From positions 1-44,852 of the forward strand of contig NIVC01004471.1 of NCBI GenBank assembly GCA_002269645.1: DNA of 44,852 nucleotides, in the 5' to 3' direction. Each line of letters opens with the position of its first letter. The stretch's first letter is position 1. Position numbers and translations under genes: made by a program. The notes under the pieces were generated by a model. It did not search any database. It saw only the letters and a program-made list of their open reading frames with translations, and was not told the origin of the DNA. Positions 40,048 through 44,852 of the stretch are shown piece by piece. The stretch is from Macrostomum lignano (lineage: Eukaryota).

Positions 40048-40236
40048 AAGGCGGGCATGCTCAAGATGGAGAGGCCAGTTTATCACAGGGGAAGGCGGGC
40101 ATGCTCAAAATGGAGAGGCCAGTTTATCACAGGGGAAGGCGGGCCTGCTCAAAATGGAGAGGCCAGTTTATCACAGGGAAGGCGGGCATGCTCAAAATGG
40201 AGAGGCCAGTTTATCACAGGGGAAGGCGGGCCTGCT
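40048..40236. repeat. About 46-bp tandem repeat, about 4 copies, upstream of KLHDC8
   Basis: gaaggcgggcatgctcaaaatggagaggccagtttatcacaggg repeated. Confidence 0.88.
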
Positions 40237-40644
40237 ATTGTGAATCAGGATAATTCTGTTCTTCCAACAAAAAGTAGAAAAGGGAAGTAAAAAATATCAT
40301 TCCTAAAAAACAAACAAACTGCTGGCTACAGAAAATATTATCGAATCTAATTAGTCAAATATTGATAAAGTGATTTTAGTAGGAAAAATAGGAATCAGAG
40401 TAAATTAGCCCAATTTTGATGTGTTTTAATCATTGAATTTTTCAAGCCAATTTTTCATACAGAAACGTCTTTAACTGGCTTGAAAAAATCGTTATTTCTA
40501 CACATGTAGTTTCTGTAGCCCACTACAAACATATTCTACAAAATTCGCATGCCTCCAAAACTTTCCAAAATACATTATTAAGCCTTCATTTATCTGAGAA
40601 GATTTTTGGGATTTAGCACGGAGACGGAGTTAAAAGTACACAGG

Positions 40645-40950
40645 GTAGCGGCAAGGACAGTTGGGGACTGAGAGGGCAGCGGCAAGGACATCCGAGGACT
40701 GAGAGGGCAGCGGCAAGGACATCGGAGGATTGAGAGGGCAGCGGCAAGGACATCCGAGGATTGAGAGAGCAGCGGCAAGGACATCCGAGGACTGAGAGAG
40801 CAGCGGCAAGGACATCCGAGGACTGAGAGAGCAGCGGCAAGGACATCCGAGGACTGAGAGGGCAGCGGCAAGGACATCCGAGGACTGAGAGGGCAGCGGC
40901 AAGGACATCCGAGGACTGAGAGGGCAGCGGCAAGGACATCCGAGGACTGA
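40645..40950. repeat. About 31-bp minisatellite (GCAGCGGCAAGGACATCCGAGGACTGAGAGG)
   Basis: About 10 copies. Confidence 0.93.
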
Positions 40951-41455
40951 GATGGTATCGTTGACGCTGAAAGAGATAAAAAAGAAGAGTAGCGACAGGG
41001 CGCAGACAAGAATTAAGAGACAGGTGAACTCGGCGAAGCGCGAGAACACCTGGAAATGGAATCAAAATTAAAGGTAGAAAAAGTCATAAAAGGAAAATAG
41101 ATGAAAGATTCTGGATGCACGGGATGAAGTTTATCTAGGGTTGAATTGAGGGTTAGGGGGGTAAATTATGCATTAGGATTCCTATATGCTGACCGGGTTG
41201 CGTGTTTCTATAAAGAAGAATCGAAGCGGAATTTATTCCTTGCTAATTTACAATCTATCGCAACTCATGATAATTACTGCTGCGACTGTACCTGCAATTC
41301 CTACGAATTGAAAGAAAAATATTTAAGTTTTAAACAAAACAGGTTTATTGTCTTCGAATTCCTTTTCAATTTGACAATCTTTATTAACTGCTAACATAGT
41401 TAGCTAACTAATCACTTAAAAATGCAGAGATAATTTCTCTTAGCAATCAGGCTGG

Positions 41456-41990
41456 TCACGTGATCAACATCCGATCCAAAGGAAATCCGCCGCCGCCTTG
41501 GGCAGAAACGTCTCCAGCAATTGTTGCTTTCATTGTCAAAGAAGCGTTGCCAGTTTTATTCTTCTTATTAATAATTGGCAACTTCAGACGAGCCAGAGAC
41601 TTTGGCGGCTCGCTAACAACTGGCTCCAGCCGGCTTGGCCTGGTGCCGGCTGTCCTCCGTGGCTTTTGGTTGGCTTTCTTCTGCTCCTGCTCTGATTGCC
41701 TGTCCCCTGCGGCAGCTGCTTCTGCAACAATCTTCTTTTTATTCTTTTGCTTCTGCTCTTGCTGCTGTTTATTCTGTCGCTCGCCAAAGCGGTCGGCGTA
41801 TTGGGCGGACAGCAGCGTCTGCTGCGCCGTCCGCTCCACCCTGGCCAGGTGGCGCGGCTGCGACTCCCCGGCCGGCGGCGCAGGTCGGCCAGCTTGGCCG
41901 GCGCCCGGCGCATCCCGGCCACGTCGCCAACCTCCGGATTGGTGCGACGGCGCGATTTTAAATAGCGGCGCCGATCCTTCGGGGACAGAG
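41456..41990 (-). CDS. Possible terminal exon of an uncharacterised basic low-complexity protein
   Basis: GC-rich open frame after a candidate acceptor (ccccag): LCPEGSAPLFKIAP..RHLARVERTAQQTLLSAQYADRFGERQNKQQQ..LPIINKK..MLIT*. No recognisable domain; upstream exons unresolved. Confidence 0.4.
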
Positions 41991-42174
41991 CTGGGGATGG
42001 GGGAGAGGTGGAGAATGGGGATTCTAGAGTCTGGTACGGCTGTTCAGTCCAAGGACTGGGGAGGGGGGTCGCCACACACAGCCTCAATTACCCCAGCTAA
42101 TGCTGGCACCCATTTTACAGCTGGGTTGACTGAAGCAATGCAGACTTGTGTCTAGCTAAAAGGACACAAATTGT

Positions 42175-42255
42175 TCCCAGCGGGTCGAGAATCGAACCCC
42201 CGACCTTTCTCCAGCGCTCCTGAGAGTCCAACGCTCTAACCACTAGGCTACAACC
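42175..42255 (-). mobile_element. tRNA-derived SINE head or tRNA pseudogene
   Basis: A-box-like TAGCCTAGTGGTTAGAGCG and B-box-like GGTTCGATTC, with a CTC anticodon-like loop (Glu-like). The acceptor stem does not close. Confidence 0.6.
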
Positions 42256-43783
42256 TTTTAATAGCACACCGGATACACTCTAAATAATACACACTGGCAA
42301 TCTTATGCTAATAGCGACAATATCCACAGAAAAAAAGCGATCAGAAGAAGCGAATTATTTACAATTCTCGTAGCAACTCAATTGAGTTCAGGAATCTAAT
42401 TCCAAGCATCCGTTACGCAGTTGCCAAATACACGGTAATAAGAATCCTATGCCAGAAATGAAAATGCAACGCATGGCATAAAGGACTTTACAGCTTCATA
42501 ATAACGTATTTATTATGGCTTTGAAGCGAGAGAATAAAATACTGGCACACGCCCAAATTCAATGGGGTGCAGGAGATGGGAAGCGGAAGGCGTGCGTGAT
42601 GATCGACTCCGAATAGCTGCTTGCTTTTGCAACACAGGAAGCTACTGTGTCAAAACGTAGGCGCATTAAATTAGCCCAAATGTATATCAGTATCAAAATA
42701 AGCATAAAATTTTCATCGTGCTACTTACTTAGTAGAGCAACAGCACTTTATTTAATAAGGTAACATAAAATACAGCAATTAAAAAGCTAATTAAACCGAT
42801 GTTAAGACTTTCATACTCATAAGTAATTCTGCTCATGGCTGCGAGAGGAGAGACAATGACCCAACGTCTGGATACAGAGGCTTCTTGAGTTAGCCTCATT
42901 GCCTCCATACATGCGCGCCAATCCGACCCGGCTGGCGAGGGGCCCAGCCAATTTAAGTCGCAAATATGCCCACACAAAAATACAGACGAGTACTAATTAG
43001 ATGACGAGGTTACTCCTGCCGTTTACCCAAAATTACGTCAATCTTAGGTTTTTTATAGGCAAGTCGCATTCTTGGGAAAAAAAGTCGCACGGCGGCGGAG
43101 TAAATCAGGGGGGGGATGATTGTCTCAATATATTGCTACAAGTAATTTTACCAACCCAACTTATTTAAATAACAAACTAACCAGCAACCCGTTTGAGCCA
43201 CATGATCTCGCGCAGAGATCGGGTAGGAATCGATCTTCTCCGGCGCCGGGCGCCAAATCGCCGCCAGATGGCGCGGGCGCCGGCGACCAGCCAACATCGG
43301 CCGCGTCTGGCTCAGAGTATGGCCGAATTTTTCTATGCCGCCTCGATTTTTGCCGCTTATTGTAAACAGGCTGCGACTGAGTCTGCGTCTGTTGCTTCTG
43401 CTTTTTAGGCGTCTGCTGTGGCTTATTCTGCCTCTGCTTTGCTGCCGGCTTCATAGCATGCATTTATTCGTTGGAAAATATTATTGACAGGCATGGGGAA
43501 CATTTTTAATGAATATTCCCAATGAAAATTTTATCTAGGCCAGGAAGCGCCCCAGAGTCGTTGCAGACAACACAGAGATACTAGAATAACTACAATAGAT
43601 GGGCCACTCAGCACATTTGCATGTAAGCTACTTTCAGTTCGGTAGTAAGTTAGACAGAAGCATTTCAATGTATTTTTAAAGCCAAGGCCAAAGCTTGAAC
43701 CATCCAATCGCGCCTTTCAACACTACCCTTCCACTTCGCCCCAACTTTTATTGTCTTTAGAATTCCAGCCTAAAGCTGCAATG

Positions 43784-44720
43784 TACGAGGGGTATGCAAT
43801 AAGTTACCAAAGTGGGAAGGTGATGTACACAATTTGGCATAGCAGGTATTATGTACATTATCTTGTGATTATGGTTGAGCGATTTCAGACAAATTCACTC
43901 TAAAAAGCCTGTGTTGCGCTGGGAGCTCAAAATAGGCCATTGGAGAATGGAGAACAATTATTAACTATGATAATTAATAAAAACAAAAAGTGGTCTAAGG
44001 CAGCAGGAAAGCTTTGAGCGACTTTAAGTCTTGAGGGACTTCCAGGACCACAGTTTTTGAGCGGTTTGCCGAATTTTGACGTGGCCGATGGAGTCTGGAT
44101 GATGAAGAGCGCAACAGCCGGCCCAAGTCCACAGCAAGCGAAGAGAATGTTGCTGCTATTCGGGGCATGACTGAGGATGATGCCAGAGAAACTGTGACCC
44201 AGATAGAGACAGAAGTGGGCATCTCATCAGGAACCATCAGCACGATCCTGCACCTGAGCAAGGTTTATGCATGCTATCATCTGATGGAGGAGCAAAAGGA
44301 GGCTCGGGTGGCTTTGTGCCATGCATACTCAACAGATTCGATGGTGGCCGCTCAAACTCGGTCCGGGAAATCATCAGTGGTGACGAATCCTGGATCTATA
44401 GTTTCGACCCAGAGACCAAGCAGCAGTCGGCCAGTGGACACCAGCTGGAAGCCCACCATTAAAGCTGCAGCAAGAGCGCAACGTGGCAAAGCAGATATTG
44501 GTCGTTTTTGTGACAAAAGCTGGTCATCTAGCGATTGTGCACTTGTGCAGCAGCACACAGTCGCTGGCAACTGTTATACCAACTAACTACTGCCTGCCAG
44601 AAGTGCTGAGTGGTCTCTCCAGTCGCCGCCCAAGGACTCGAGCTCGGGGTGCTTCTTTATCACGACAATGCCCCGCACCACTAGTCCAGACAATGGTCAA
44701 GGGTGGTATGACAACCCCCA
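43784..44720 (+). mobile_element. Degenerate mariner transposon (5' TIR plus pseudogenised transposase)
   Basis: TA|CGAGGGGTATGCAATAAGTT terminus at 43784. Fragments TTVFERFAEF.RGR.SLDDEER, ETEVGISSGTISTILH, IISGDESWIYSFDPETKQQS and HDNAPHH lie across frameshifts. Confidence 0.92.
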
Positions 44721-44852
44721 GTCCTTGAGTGAACAGCTGTATGCAGCCTGATGTGCCGCACAATAGCTGCAGCAAAGCTGCCAGTTGCACATCTACCAAT
44801 TAGGGTATGTGTAATCAATTATTATTTACTACGAGTATTATTGCTATTGAAC

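Overview
Eukaryotic (animal) genomic DNA. GC-rich spliced exons are separated by introns filled with private minisatellites; the style suggests a free-living flatworm such as Macrostomum (inference only). All gene models were built by hand from GT-AG boundaries and frame continuity. From left to right: a degenerate Ty3/Gypsy RT-RNaseH fragment abutting a frameshifted L1CAM/neuroglian fragment; an 8-exon orphan secreted glycoprotein apparently built of four tandem C2-like domains (best novelty candidate); an intact M13 neprilysin/ECE peptidase; a 10-exon FSTL4/5 (Mahya)-like gene (-) with a THAP-domain element and a 45/46-bp array in one intron; a 5-exon KLHDC8-like kelch gene (-) whose 9.4-kb intron hosts an antisense neuropeptide precursor (WYEWamide), an antisense ENPP4/5-like gene and a mariner remnant; then a possible orphan gene, a tRNA-derived SINE-like segment and a second mariner remnant. 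Many ORFs in the supplied track are artefacts of tandem repeats. No prokaryotic systems, CRISPR arrays or rRNA genes were seen.
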